Assembly (NCBI RefSeq): GCF_964355755.1
Contig: NC_092679.1
Location: 23,853,432-23,917,431 of the forward strand
Direction: 5' to 3'
DNA: 64,000 nt
DNA from: Antedon mediterranea
Lineage: Eukaryota; Animalia; Echinodermata
Under the pieces are notes generated by a model that saw only the letters and a list, made by a program, of their open reading frames with translations, did not search any database and was not told the origin of the DNA. The position numbers were made by a program, and so were the translations under genes. Below, in pieces: positions 12,784 to 23,599 of the stretch. Positions within the stretch are counted from its first letter, which is position 1. The number at the start of each line of letters is the position of its first letter.

Positions 12784-13986
12784 GATTAATACTAGTGTAA
12801 AACGGTTGATAAATTCCAGTCATTTTTTTTTTCATTTAGTTGTGTTGTATAAAAGAGGGATGTATTTCCCTTTTACACAGGAGATGACCTCGAATAATCC
12901 AATAATAGTTTTAGTAAATCGGTCACAAAATTCATAATCATTATGAATCCATTTTCACAAAAAAATATTAAAAACTTGTAATGATCGATTTATAATATCA
13001 TTGAGTCAATTAATAAAACCGTACTACATTTTTTGTTTAATATTGATAATCAGGTTTTAAAAAAATGGATTCATAACTAACGATAAAAATAGAAGAATAG
13101 TGCTGGTATTAAAAACTAATAACATTTATATAACAAAAACGAATGAAGGCCATCAAACTTTTATATAATTTTCTACATTACGTAAGTTGGACACTGATCA
13201 TTTCTTACATTTTAATAATGAAACACGTGCAAGTGAAAGTTACATAAAATGTAATGCAAATTTGTTTCAGAAGATACCTATTATGCAAGCAAACACATTT
13301 GTGCAAAAACAAAAACAAAAAAACATGTGCAAATTCATAGCCTAATCCACTAATGTGCAAACATAACGCCGTTATGTAAAAGAAATTCTACAAATTTGCA
13401 AATCATTTACATTAACGAAAATCAGTTTAACATTAGGAAAATAATATAGATACATCTTATTATAAATTTTTACTAGCATTTTTTTAAATAAATGTATGCA
13501 TAACAGATTTAATGAACTATGAAAAAATAGTAAATATATTAAACTGGAAACTCACTTATCAAGTAAATACAGATAAAATAAACATTTTATGACAACATAA
13601 AAAAAGTAAAAGCTGAGCAATCAAATGGGAAATTGACAATAAATTCAGTTGTAAGCAGGTTGATTTATAGAATGGATGGTATCTGGATTCGCTGCCAACA
13701 TAGCGTAACATAGCTCCCGGCTGGTGATCGACAGAGTAATTTTACAAGATTTTGTAAATATAAGAGTGACCTCACGCTTCTTATGTAACTGTATTGGTGC
13801 GCTCAAATTTTGTTAGGAGGTAAGTACCACAATATTTTTATCGATAATTAATGTATAGGCTCATTAATCTTTTCAATAAGAGGTCAAGACCGATGTTGCT
13901 GTCACAATTTTGGGACAATCATGGACCATGCATTTACTATATAGGATACGTATAGGATCATTTTTCCTCCAATTTATTTGTGAATT

Positions 13987-14103
13987 AACAAGTTCACATA
14001 CATAGCTGCAGTCGCGTGCTCAAGTTAGTGTTTACCGCCCGACCAACCGACCGAACGGCCGACCAACCGACCAACATAGTGAGCTGTTGCACGCGACTAA
14101 AAA
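13987..14103 (-). mobile_element. Helentron/DINE-1-like family H1 copy
   Basis: Same structure as 448-564; part of the duplicated segment. Confidence 0.6.
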
Positions 14104-14263
14104 GGTACTGTAAGCTTTCCATTCTGCCTTAGTTTACCATGTAACATATTTGGATTAATATTACAATTTGTATTATATAATAAGAAATCACATTGCGATT
14201 GTGCTACAACATTAACATATTTAAAGCTAAGTACGTTAGTCATTTATGGTAATTTTAACATCA

Positions 14264-15273
14264 CTAGATGGTACGCTCGCTTCGCTCGAGTACCATCTAG
14301 GTCGTGTCCACAGATGGTTCTCGAATAGAATACACAGTAATTTCAGCGTAAAATAACTGGCGATTTCAAATGTAGTACGTACTGCAGGACTATAAATACA
14401 TTGTCGTTTTCAGAAACGAATAAATAGACACGATGATTAAATGTAGTCAACTAAAATTAGCACACTGGGAATTAGGCCTACTTCCGAAGGAGAAACTTGT
14501 CTTAAAATGAGTCCAAAAAAACTAAAACTGTGCCTGTATAGTCGATTAAAATAGTAAAGTACATGTAACGATACACCACTACAATGTTTATATTTTTTAT
14601 AATTACTAATTAATACAATAAACAGTAACCACATTCACATTAAGAAAATTTCGATTCAAATGGCGACCAAAAAGGGTTCATACAGTATTTACAATTGTCA
14701 AGGTATTGCAATGCTATATCTCAGTTTTAAGTTTAGTCTCAAAAGGCCCATAAATGTACATACTTGTGTTAAACCATGGAGGGCTCATAAATTTACCTAC
14801 AAACTGGGAGTCTGAGAGATTGGAATGTTCCATTCATCGCAAATCAATACATTTGTATAAACGTATATTAAATCTATCAAAATAGTATTTTTTAAAGAAA
14901 ATCGGCCTGTCTTCAACATTATGATACTGTACTCGAGCTGTTTTTCAGCTATTAAAAACAATTATCGTAGGAGGAGATAGGAAAATACGAAGCATCCTCG
15001 TATTATTGTGTGCATGTATTTTTTTAAGAGGACATCCATTAGACAGTGTATACTACGGTCGGAAAACACCCTATTTGGGGCAAATCGTTCAACCTAAATT
15101 CGTTTTAATTGTCAATAACTAATTATCTAACTCAATTTAATTAGTAAACAGGGTTACATCTGGTGGTTTAAATCAGTACCGAGATTCTAACCAACTGATA
15201 TACCATCGAGTAAACATTCTAGAAATAACGCGCGATTTACCGAATTTTGCCCTTACGTAAATTTATATATAGA
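14264..15273 (-). mobile_element. Non-autonomous Helitron, reverse orientation
   Basis: On + it begins A|CTAGATGGTACGCTCGCTTCGCTCG and ends TTTATATATAGA|T. The paralogous empty site is at 9951/9952. Confidence 0.93.
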
Positions 15274-16425
15274 TAACAATTTTAATATGTTTTATAACGT
15301 GTGTATCATTTTAATATCATATTTGCGATCGTTTTAACTCTCATAATAATATTATACTGTATGTACTGCACCTATGTACGCCTATGTGCAACTCTAAACT
15401 ATTTTTTATTAGATATTTGGCGCATTGTACATGCTTTTATTTTGTATCTTTCTTGTTTGACCAAGGATCATTTATTCAACATTCATTTCAATTAATTATT
15501 GTATTTTTTCTTTTTACTTTTTAAATAACTATTTAATAAATGTTACAAATCATATAATACGATTTAATATCCGGGTTATTTATATTGTTTTAATGTCATG
15601 CACTGTATATTATGTTTGAAAGTATTAAATTATATGGGAAGTAATAAACATATATGTTGAAACATTCAATAATTCAGTTATTTTTTTAGACACACGTACG
15701 TTATCACAGAGTAATTTCACACCATAGATACCGTATATTCTGTTCACGAACATCGTAGCTTTTAATAAAAGGAAAATAAAATCATGAGTGATGTTGCCAC
15801 TCCTCAACCTTTTCCTCCTACTATCAGTGGTCGATTTAATAACAAATTCGACATTGTAGATTTACTTGTATAATAAAGCAATTTTAACGAAGAATTGTGT
15901 CTTTCCTAAATTCTATGCATATTCTTGAATATTTTATGTTTAATCGAGATTATATTATTTGTGTCGGCTGACTCTTTAAGGACATTACTTTGATCATCCA
16001 GGCCAAAGTACGATACCAGTAACTCTTTTAAAAAAAAAGATACTATAAAATACTTTCTTTCCTTGAGCATTGTCTAGGACATTTAATACATATGCCTCTG
16101 TGTGTGCGTTAAATAATGCTTTCTTTTTTTATTATATAAGCAAAGTATATGAACTTAGAAAGGTTGAAATACTGTAAATGTTTTACTTGACATAAATAAT
16201 GAAGAAAGAAATTGTTCAACAGTAGAGAATTTAAAGTAAAAAGTAACTATTTTCTTAAATTATTATATAAAGGAAATTGTAGAAAAAAAACCGTCGTTTT
16301 CTACTAAGTTATTGTTACAAAATTTAAAGATTTTTTCTACTTTTTGATTCCTTTTTCAATTTCGAGGTCAAGGATATATAAATTGTATTTATTTTCTTAA
16401 ATTATTTAGATCACTCAAAGAAGAT

Positions 16426-16705
16426 ATGTCTGCAGTGCATAAATGTTTTATGTTGTGGATTGTGTTTTGCCTTAAAATGGATGATGGAAATTTCCAAACA
16501 ACCGTAAACAGTTCGCTTCGTGAGGAATCGTTTAACGAGTATTTTAACTACCCTGCAGACACGCCGATACACTCAAACCTTACAGACATGTTCCTAAATG
16601 ATAACGTTTATTTTGAAATCAAGTTGTTATCAAGAACAGGATTTTTTCTTCGAATTGGACCTAATGGACATGTTAGTGGTACGACTGATTGTAAAGACAA
16701 GTATG
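16426..16705 (+). CDS. FGF-family growth factor, coding exon 1
   Basis: Hydrophobic N-terminus (CFMLWIVFCL), then FGF beta-trefoil start IKLLSRTGFFLRIGPNGHVSGTTDCKDKY. Phase-1 donor G|GTTGGT at 16706, the typical first FGF core intron position. A possible upstream acceptor ttag| lies at 16409. Confidence 0.85.
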
Positions 16706-17055
16706 GTTGGTGACATTTCACATTTCCTAATGCAGACCACAATTATCAATCGTTTTAGTTAGTTATGTATACTAATAATATATTGAAACAATAGGTGCAA
16801 TTTCTTTAATAGGTAACTTTAATGTAACGTAAAATTATTCTTTTTTATCAAAATATTGATTGCAAAATGATTTACATAAAAATTCCTTAATTTGAAGACA
16901 AAATAGTCAACCGGAAGTCGTTTTTTAGTATTAAAGATAGAAAATAAAAGTAAATGAAGAGAACAATTATTACTACTTCATTATTACTAAATTACTAAAT
17001 TCATTAAAACGCCGTATAACAGTTTTTACACTAAGTTTTATTGTTATTATTTCAG

Positions 17056-17162
17056 TACGTCTGACAACGTTCACATTTGGACCAAATTTATTTATTATTC
17101 ATGGACTGCATTCAAATCTTTATTTATCTATGGACCGAAAGGGGAGGATATCGGCAAGAAAC
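17056..17162 (+). CDS. FGF-family growth factor, coding exon 2
   Basis: Acceptor ttatttcag|. The 107-nt exon encodes VRLTTFTFGPNLFIIHGLHSNLYLSMDRKGRISARN (FGF motif I-x-G-x-x-S-x-x-YL-x-M-x-x-x-G). Phase-0 donor GTAAGC. Confidence 0.88.
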
Positions 17163-17274
17163 GTAAGCCAGGTTTAAATTTTCAATTACTGTATTTCTAA
17201 ATATCTCTCATTTTTCATGTTTCAGTTTATTGCTTGTGATCCTTCTCTGGTTGAAGAAAGTTCTTTGTAAACTT

Positions 17275-17398
17275 AAGCTCTGTCTACTCTATTAAACATT
17301 ATGTGACAAAAACATGTAATGTGCCCATATATGAACATGATGATGTCATATCACTACCATATTTTTTGTCTAACTAATTTGATAGTGTAGACAAAGCT
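17275..17398. mobile_element. MITE family M1 in FGF intron 2
   Basis: TTA|AGCTCTGTCTAC...GTAGACAAAGCT|TTA. Confidence 0.85.
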
Positions 17399-17459
17399 TT
17401 ATACTTGTTTGTCGACACGCGCAACATGGAACTAAATGTAGTGTATCAATTACATTTAA

Positions 17460-17982
17460 AGATGTATTGTCCCTTGAAACACAAAAAATTTAAGTCAAAA
17501 TATTCAAATTTAATTTGGCCATATCAAAGTAATATTAAAGTTATTCACTTTAAGTCGAAAATTCGAGCCAAAAACAACTAGTTTACGTAATTAACAGGTA
17601 AATTAGTTTGATAGAAATCGTCGCTAGCGAAAGTAAACAAAGGATTTCAAACCACAAGTATGCATGCATGATATGCTAATTAAGATTGTTTACAACTTGT
17701 AACGGTTGAGAAGGTGTTTTCACAGATAGCTAGGAAGTTTTATGATTATGCATACAGAGTAGCCACACAGGCGCGTTGCATTACGGGATATGGAATATCT
17801 AGAACTTTGACTGGAAGACAAAGTTATTTTTCGAACAAAAACGTCTGTATTTCAGTTAAATGATTTTTTTTGTCGATTAATTTTTGGTGAAAGTTAATAA
17901 ATATTATGATACTTCATTGACCCACTTTTTTCGAAATCTTTTTTTTTTTTTTTTTTTTAATTAGTCAAAGGGACAATACATC
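17460..17982. mobile_element. Kolobok-like non-autonomous DNA transposon in FGF intron 2
   Basis: TTAA|AGATGTATTGTCCCTT ... AAGGGACAATACATCT|AA: 16-bp TIR, with TTAA intact on the left and degraded on the right. Confidence 0.6.
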
Positions 17983-18110
17983 TAAGGGAGGGCGTCGATT
18001 CAAAGTTATATTTCCTCTATAGACAGGCAATACATTCATGATAATAACTTGACGGGGTATCATTGCATATTATAGTATATCCTAATTTGTTGGGTTTTTT
18101 TTCATTTCAG

Positions 18111-18365
18111 AATACTGAGCCGACAGTGCTGATTGAAAACAATTTCGACATACTGTGGAGAGAACATCATAACGAACGCTCTTGCTTCGTGTCATTCCAG
18201 TCGTATGAACAATTTAGGGTTAGCATAAAACATAGCGACATGCTGAATCCCAATCGTACACAAATAGTGAATCGATCACGTTTTCTGGCCATAAGAAAAC
18301 ATGGCCGGACTACATCATCTGACAACCAGAATATAAACATAGAATTCTTAAAGCTAGTTAGATAG
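18111..18365 (+). CDS. FGF-family growth factor, coding exon 3 (to stop)
   Basis: Acceptor ttttttcatttcag|. In-frame NTEPTVLIENNFDILWREHHNERSCFVSFQSY...RFLAIRKHGRTT...IEFLKLVR*, matching FGF C-terminal motifs (F/W-x-E, Y/F-x-x-Y/F-x-S, Y/F-L-A-I/L-x-K-x-G, terminal FL). The spliced CDS is 642 nt (213 aa). Confidence 0.82.
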   Translation, partial: NTEPTVLIENNFDILWREHHNERSCFVSFQSYEQFRVSIKHSDMLNPNRTQIVNRSRFLAIRKHGRTTSSDNQNINIEFLKLVR

Positions 18366-18615
18366 ATTTTAAATATAGGCCTATACTGATAAGTCATAGC
18401 ATTAGCCACTTTGCTGAGTGTGACCTTTTAAGTTTCAAAATCATGGTATCTGTGAATTTAATCCATCTTGAATAATTAGAGAACTTTCGATTTTCGTCGT
18501 CCAACAGTAGGATCTAACTATACGTTACTCCTTTCAACTCAATGTGCGCATGTGCAGGTATTGTGACGCGCATCATAAAGAAAGGATTCTACTGTAGGTC
18601 CATGTCACGTATGTA

Positions 18616-19303
18616 CGGTGGCTGATTTCCGCCAAAGAAAACAATTATTTTATAATAATACGGCGTTATAACGCAGTATTAGGGCGTTATAACGCCGTAT
18701 TAGGGCGTTATAACGCCCTAAATTACGGCGTTATAACGCCCTAATTACGGCGTTATAACGCCCTAAATATACAATCTTTTCACACGTACTTGCGCATGCG
18801 TAGTACATCAATAAACTTCTCGGCGCATTCACAGATTTTAGAAAGTCACGTGGTACATTACTGGCCATCTTTGTGTCCAACTACGCCTATGTAGTGTATG
18901 GAGTCGAGTCATGTGCAATAACATTCACAAGGTTTTAATATTAAAACAATCAATTTGTTTAAAGTTTTTTTGTTAAGATAACGCAATCATAAAGTTACTA
19001 CAAAGATGATTTTTAACAACAAAATGTAAAAACAATGCATTACTATAGAGAATCGCTGTACAAAATAAAGGCGTAGAGCGTGTATGGAGCGCACAAAATG
19101 TTTTAAATCATCAAAATAATGTTATTTTATTTTAACAAAAACCCTTAAACAAATTGATTCAATCCATTCAAAGTCGTAACTCTTTGTGGCTCTGGGTTTG
19201 TTGATGTACTACGCATGCACTTGTGAACGGATTGTATAATTAGGGCGTTTTAACGCCGTATTATTATAAAATAATTTTTTTCTTTGGCGGAAATCAGCCA
19301 CCG
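18616..19303. mobile_element. Tc1/mariner-like foldback MITE with internal 20-bp palindromic repeats
   Basis: TA|CGGTGGCTGATTTCCGCCAAAGAAAA ... TTTTCTTTGGCGGAAATCAGCCACCG|TA, long imperfect TIRs and tandem GGCGTTATAACGCC units at 18660-18765. Confidence 0.85.
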
Positions 19304-20182
19304 TACGTATGACATATTTGGTCGCCTAACAAAATGTATTGTTGTTAATTTTTGTATACGCACCATCGTGAAAAATGTTTGTAAGATAATTGTAGGAATC
19401 GCAATCAATATCATCATTATTTATATGACCAGCATTTCTTTCAGTAATTTTGGCTGTATTACTGAATTGAATCCATTAACTTATTACGGACACTGAAACT
19501 AAAATCTGATTCTGATAATCTACTCGCCAATAACAATACGGTGGTCTCCGAATGTTGGTGAATGGCTAGTTTTGACAATAACAATGTACTACGATGGTCT
19601 CCCCGTATGTTATTATTAATAACAAATAATAACAAAAATTATGGTCTAGTCTTGGACAATGATTCAAGATGGATTTAATTTAATACAAGTTTTTGTAGTT
19701 AACAGTAGGTGTGTTATGAAGTAGACAATGAAAATTCTGTATTCGTTGAATGGTGAGAATATTTCATTTGTTAGGAGATCAATGACTGCTCTATCTAACT
19801 CAGCCCGCCTCATTAAATAGAGCATTCAATCATTCAATCATTCAACTCATACAATATTTCCACCATCCAAACCAACTCATTAATATAATGTATTAACATT
19901 TAATTTATGTTGTTTTTCTTGTTCTCATTCAGAACTCTTTTTTTAAACTGATATTTTTAAATTGTTATAACCTAACTATTCGATAAAAATTATAGTAAAA
20001 TATCTATCAAATAATTGTATAAAATATATTTACATTTTCTAAGCTACGGTAGAGGTGATTAAGATTATATAGCCAGTGCTACGTAAACATTACCTAATTT
20101 GTCTATATGGACAATAATTTTTGCTGTGGGTTCGTTTTATTAGAATATACCGTTTTACCATAATTGTACATGTTTATTTAAA

Positions 20183-20492
20183 TTTTTACTCGGGGTACCC
20201 GAGTCTAGGACTTACTCATTTTCTCCTCTTCTTCCATCTGGACGATTTTTAAAGTACTACTCCTCCCTTATTAGTTGTAGTATTGAGCTGGGATTTGGCA
20301 TGAATATACTACAGGGACAAAATCTATAGAGCCGGATTTTTAAATTTCAGACCGGATGCAGCCATATGACGTCTCGTAGATGGTACCATATAGCCGTATT
20401 TGGTACTGGTGTATGTGACGTCACATCTCGTCTTATGACGTCATTGCAGCTTCATTTGCTGTGCCCCGAGTATCGCACATTCGTGCTTTTTT
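20183..20492 (+). mobile_element. Helentron/DINE-like element, family H2, copy 1
   Basis: TTTT-TACTCGGGGTAC-CCGAGT (5' subTIR with adjacent IR) ... GTGCCCCGAGTA (3' subTIR), then hairpin GCAC-attc-GTGC and a T-run. Confidence 0.7.
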
Positions 20493-20561
20493 GTTAATTA
20501 ATTTGTTTAATTAAGAAGCCACAATGTGTGACACACACCACAGCGTTATGTAGTTACATGC

Positions 20562-20634
20562 GGCTTTTTGGCGTAGTGGTTATCACGTTTGCTTAACACG
20601 CAGAAGGTACCTGGTTCGAGCCCGGGCGAAACCT
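20562..20634 (+). tRNA. tRNA-Val(AAC)-like, probably pseudogene
   Basis: A box TGGCGTAGTGG, anticodon arm TTTGC-TTAACAC-GCAGA, B box GGTTCGAGCCC, followed by a T-run. Acceptor stem has two mismatches. Confidence 0.75.
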
Positions 20635-20848
20635 TTTTTTTTAAACTTTATGGTGAAAAGTACTGTATACGCAATATGTTAATTATACACAGTATATCTT
20701 ATTTTTATTATTTGTTTAAATACTTATTTTGTGTAATCGGTAATTATCACTTTTACACATGTTTATTTTGCTTTGTGCTTATTACCATATTTATTTGTAA
20801 TTTAAATGGATTAAAAAACTTTCTGTTACCCACATTTTTAGTGTAAGT

Positions 20849-20920
20849 GGTTTCGTAGTGTAGTGGTTGTCAAATCTGCTTAACACGCAGAAGGTCCCGG
20901 TTCGAGCCCTGGTGAAACCT
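20849..20920 (+). tRNA. tRNA-Val(AAC)-like, probably pseudogene
   Basis: Acceptor GGTTTCG/TGAAACC pairs, anticodon arm TCTGC-TTAACAC-GCAGA, downstream T5. D-stem mismatch and a 1-nt deletion near the T arm. Confidence 0.75.
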
Positions 20921-21001
20921 ATTTTTCTTTAACTTTATGGTGAAATAACTGTATACGTAATATGATATAGAGTATATCTCGTTTTATTACTCAGGGTACC
21001 T

Positions 21002-21349
21002 GTTACTCGGGGTACCTGAGTCTAGGACGCTCTCATCTTTTCCTCTTCTTCTTCCATCCGGACACTATTGAGCAAAATGTGCGATTTATAAAGTACTACT
21101 CCTCCCTTATTCGTTGTAGTATTGAGCTCGGATTTAGCATGGATATACTACAGGGACATGTACTCAAAGCTATGGAGCCAGATTTTTTAATTTCAAACCG
21201 GATGCAGCCATATCACGTCTCGAAGATGGTACCGTATAGCCGTATTTGGTAGCGCGGTTATTGATGTGTATGTGACGTTACATCCGGTCTTATGACGTCA
21301 TTAAAGCTTCTTTCGCTGTACCCCGAGTATTGCACATTCGTGCTTGTTT
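21002..21349 (+). mobile_element. Helentron/DINE-like family H2, copy 2
   Basis: TTACTCGGGGTACCTGAGT ... GTACCCCGAGTA-tt-GCACATTCGTGC-TTGTTT. Confidence 0.72.
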
Positions 21350-21418
21350 GTTAATTAATTTGTTTAATTAAGAAGCCACAATGTTTGACACACACCACAG
21401 CGTTGTGTAGTTATATGC

Positions 21419-21490
21419 GGCTTCTTGGCGTAGTGGTTATCACGTCTACTTAACACGCAGAAGGTCCCCGGTTCAAGCCCGGACAAAACT
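21419..21490 (+). pseudogene. tRNA-Val(AAC) pseudogene (duplicate of 20562-20634)
   Basis: Same flanks as copy 1, with further mismatches in the anticodon stem (TCTAC/GCAGA), B box (GGTTCAAG) and acceptor stem. Confidence 0.72.
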
Positions 21491-21700
21491 TTTTTTTTAA
21501 ACTTTATGGTGAAAAGTACTGTATACGCAATATGATATACAATATATCTTATTTTTATTATTTCTTGAAATACTTATTTTGTGTAATCGGTAATTATCAC
21601 TTTTACACATGTTTATTTTGCTTTGTGCTTATTACCATATTTGTAATTCAGCTTAAATGGATTAAAAAACTTTGTGTAACCCACATTTTTGGTGTGACCG

Positions 21701-21986
21701 ATTTGAGCTGGGATTTTGCATGAATATACTACAGGGGCATGTCCTCAAATCTATAGATTTTTTTTAATTTCAAACCGGATGCAGCCATATCACGTCTCGA
21801 AGATGGTATTTGGTAGCGAGGTTATTATATATATATATATAGGTATTTATTCATAAAAAAACACATAAATAGTACAAACAGAAGGCAGCCCAACGGCTTA
21901 AAAATTCTGCAAACAATTGATGTGTATGTGCGACGTTACATCCGGTCTTATGACGTCATTACAGCTTCTTTTGCTCATTCGTGCTT
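21701..21986 (+). mobile_element. Helentron/DINE-like family H2, partial copy 3
   Basis: ttgagctgggattttgcatgaatatactacagg...ccggatgcagccatat...cattcgtgctt is homologous to 20283-20488. Confidence 0.65.
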
Positions 21987-21993
21987 ATTATAA

Positions 21994-23599
21994 CATGGAT
22001 TAAAGAATAGAAGGATATGCATCGACGGTGACATCAAACGATTTTACAACGCGCTTGCCTATACTAAAGCACTGTTGCCAATCAAACAAACACGCTCATT
22101 GAACTCCGTGTCTCTAACCGCGGCCCTCTCTAAAACGCTGCGAATCAACTGTTACATTTTTTTAGACCAAAACGTAACCATGATCGTATGCGCAGTCTGA
22201 ATGTTCTATTGACATGTCTACGTCGATGATTAATTGACAACAAAAATATATTGCTGAATAATTCTGTTTTAGTTTCATCACAATCGGACTATGAAAAGTT
22301 CACTTTCTTACGACTGGTAATTTTAAGTAGTTGGTAATATTAATAAAATATGCAATTTTTATATTTGAATTATCATTATTTGCCTGCCATCTTCTGTCAT
22401 TAAAGATTGCGTTAATCTATAGAATATTAAATTATGCACTTGACCATGTATGTTGTTAGCGTGGCCGGTGTTCACCCATACAACAATCGTGTTTTTAATA
22501 TATGGCTAAGCAGTGGTTTCTTCATAAATCTCCTTAAATCGATGTGATTATATTTAAATTGTAGTGCCTGGTGATTGGCTAGTGATAATGTCATCATCCA
22601 CATCACATCCAATCACCGGGTCTAATTGAATGAAAACTGCGATCCCTGATCCGGGATTGGCTGGCTATGTATAGTTGCGATTCGTTACCTAGCGGTCGTT
22701 TTGAAAAGTACACGCAGGGCAAACTTAATCACGAACAAACGAAGTACCTATTATTATTCACACAAGAAGTAAGACAACGGTGAGTATATAGATCATGATT
22801 ACACGTTGTATCTACCTAGGCAGTATCAATGTCGGCAAATCATATGGTTTACTAGTAAGCCTAGAAGACCTAGGCCTAGTATCCTTGCTGATTTTGTAAT
22901 TTTACATGTGATGTAGGCTGAGACAACAAATAAATAGTTATTGTCTCAGATGTAGGGCTACTACAGGTCATAAAATGCTACTTTAATGTCATAAAAACAT
23001 TAGCGTAGATCAATCGCGGCAGAAACCTATACTAATTACAATTATAGCATCTACAATTCTAAGCCAATAACAATATAGTATTGTTTTTATCTGGTATATT
23101 GATGAAGTAGGCCTACACTAGGGTCTTCACAATAACATACAATGTAATTTAACAACTGTTTTCAATAAACATTATACTCAGTGGCGTGAGGCAGAGGCCT
23201 GAAGCCACTTGTTTAGGAAACCTAAGTGGCCCTCCAAGTTTCAAAGATCGAGGCCTCGGACGTTTTTAGCATTTTCGACATATTTTATGCCTGTTCCTCT
23301 GGGCCCCAAGCTTCGGTTTAGCCAGTGAGCGCACATAGCCGTTACGCCACTGATTATTATACTGTTCAAAAATGTATGAATACATACAGTGCAACAAAGA
23401 ACGCGCGAAAGAAGCGTAGTCAACAAGGTTAAATGTCGTTGCACATGTGCAGTAACAATATATTAGGCACGCGACCGTTTCGTTGTTACCATGCGGTTAA
23501 TTAAACTGTAACATTGTGGGGCGGTCCGCGGTCTGTCGGCGAGAGTCAAGGAACCCTTGATCTCACGTTGATGCATATCCTTCTATTCTTTAATCCATG
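21994..23599. mobile_element. P-element-like non-autonomous DNA transposon
   Basis: Perfect 30-bp TIR CATGGATTAAAGAATAGAAGGATATGCATC and 7-bp TSD ATTATAA/GTTATAA (1 mismatch). No transposase ORF. Confidence 0.7.
23179..23352. mobile_element. hAT-like MITE nested in the P-like element
   Basis: TIR CAGTGGCGT / ACGCCACTG. ATTATACT lies on the left and ATT-ATTATACT on the right (8-bp TSD with slippage). Confidence 0.65.

Larger units (their letters stand above)
13322..15497 (+). repeat. Local segmental duplication, copy C, interrupted by a reverse-orientation Helitron
   Basis: Matches 8481-8676, 1-640 and 9800-10180. Confidence 0.88.

Noticed and set aside
18457-19679. ~20-bp inverted repeat pair (aatccatcttgaat.att / aat.attcaagatggatt)
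   Set aside because: No clear TSD and no second copy in the window to define an element.
20849-20920. Anticodon switch (AAC anticodon in a body resembling vertebrate Val-TAC)
   Set aside because: Invertebrate Val-AAC genes can have similar bodies, so this cannot be claimed without the species' tRNA set.
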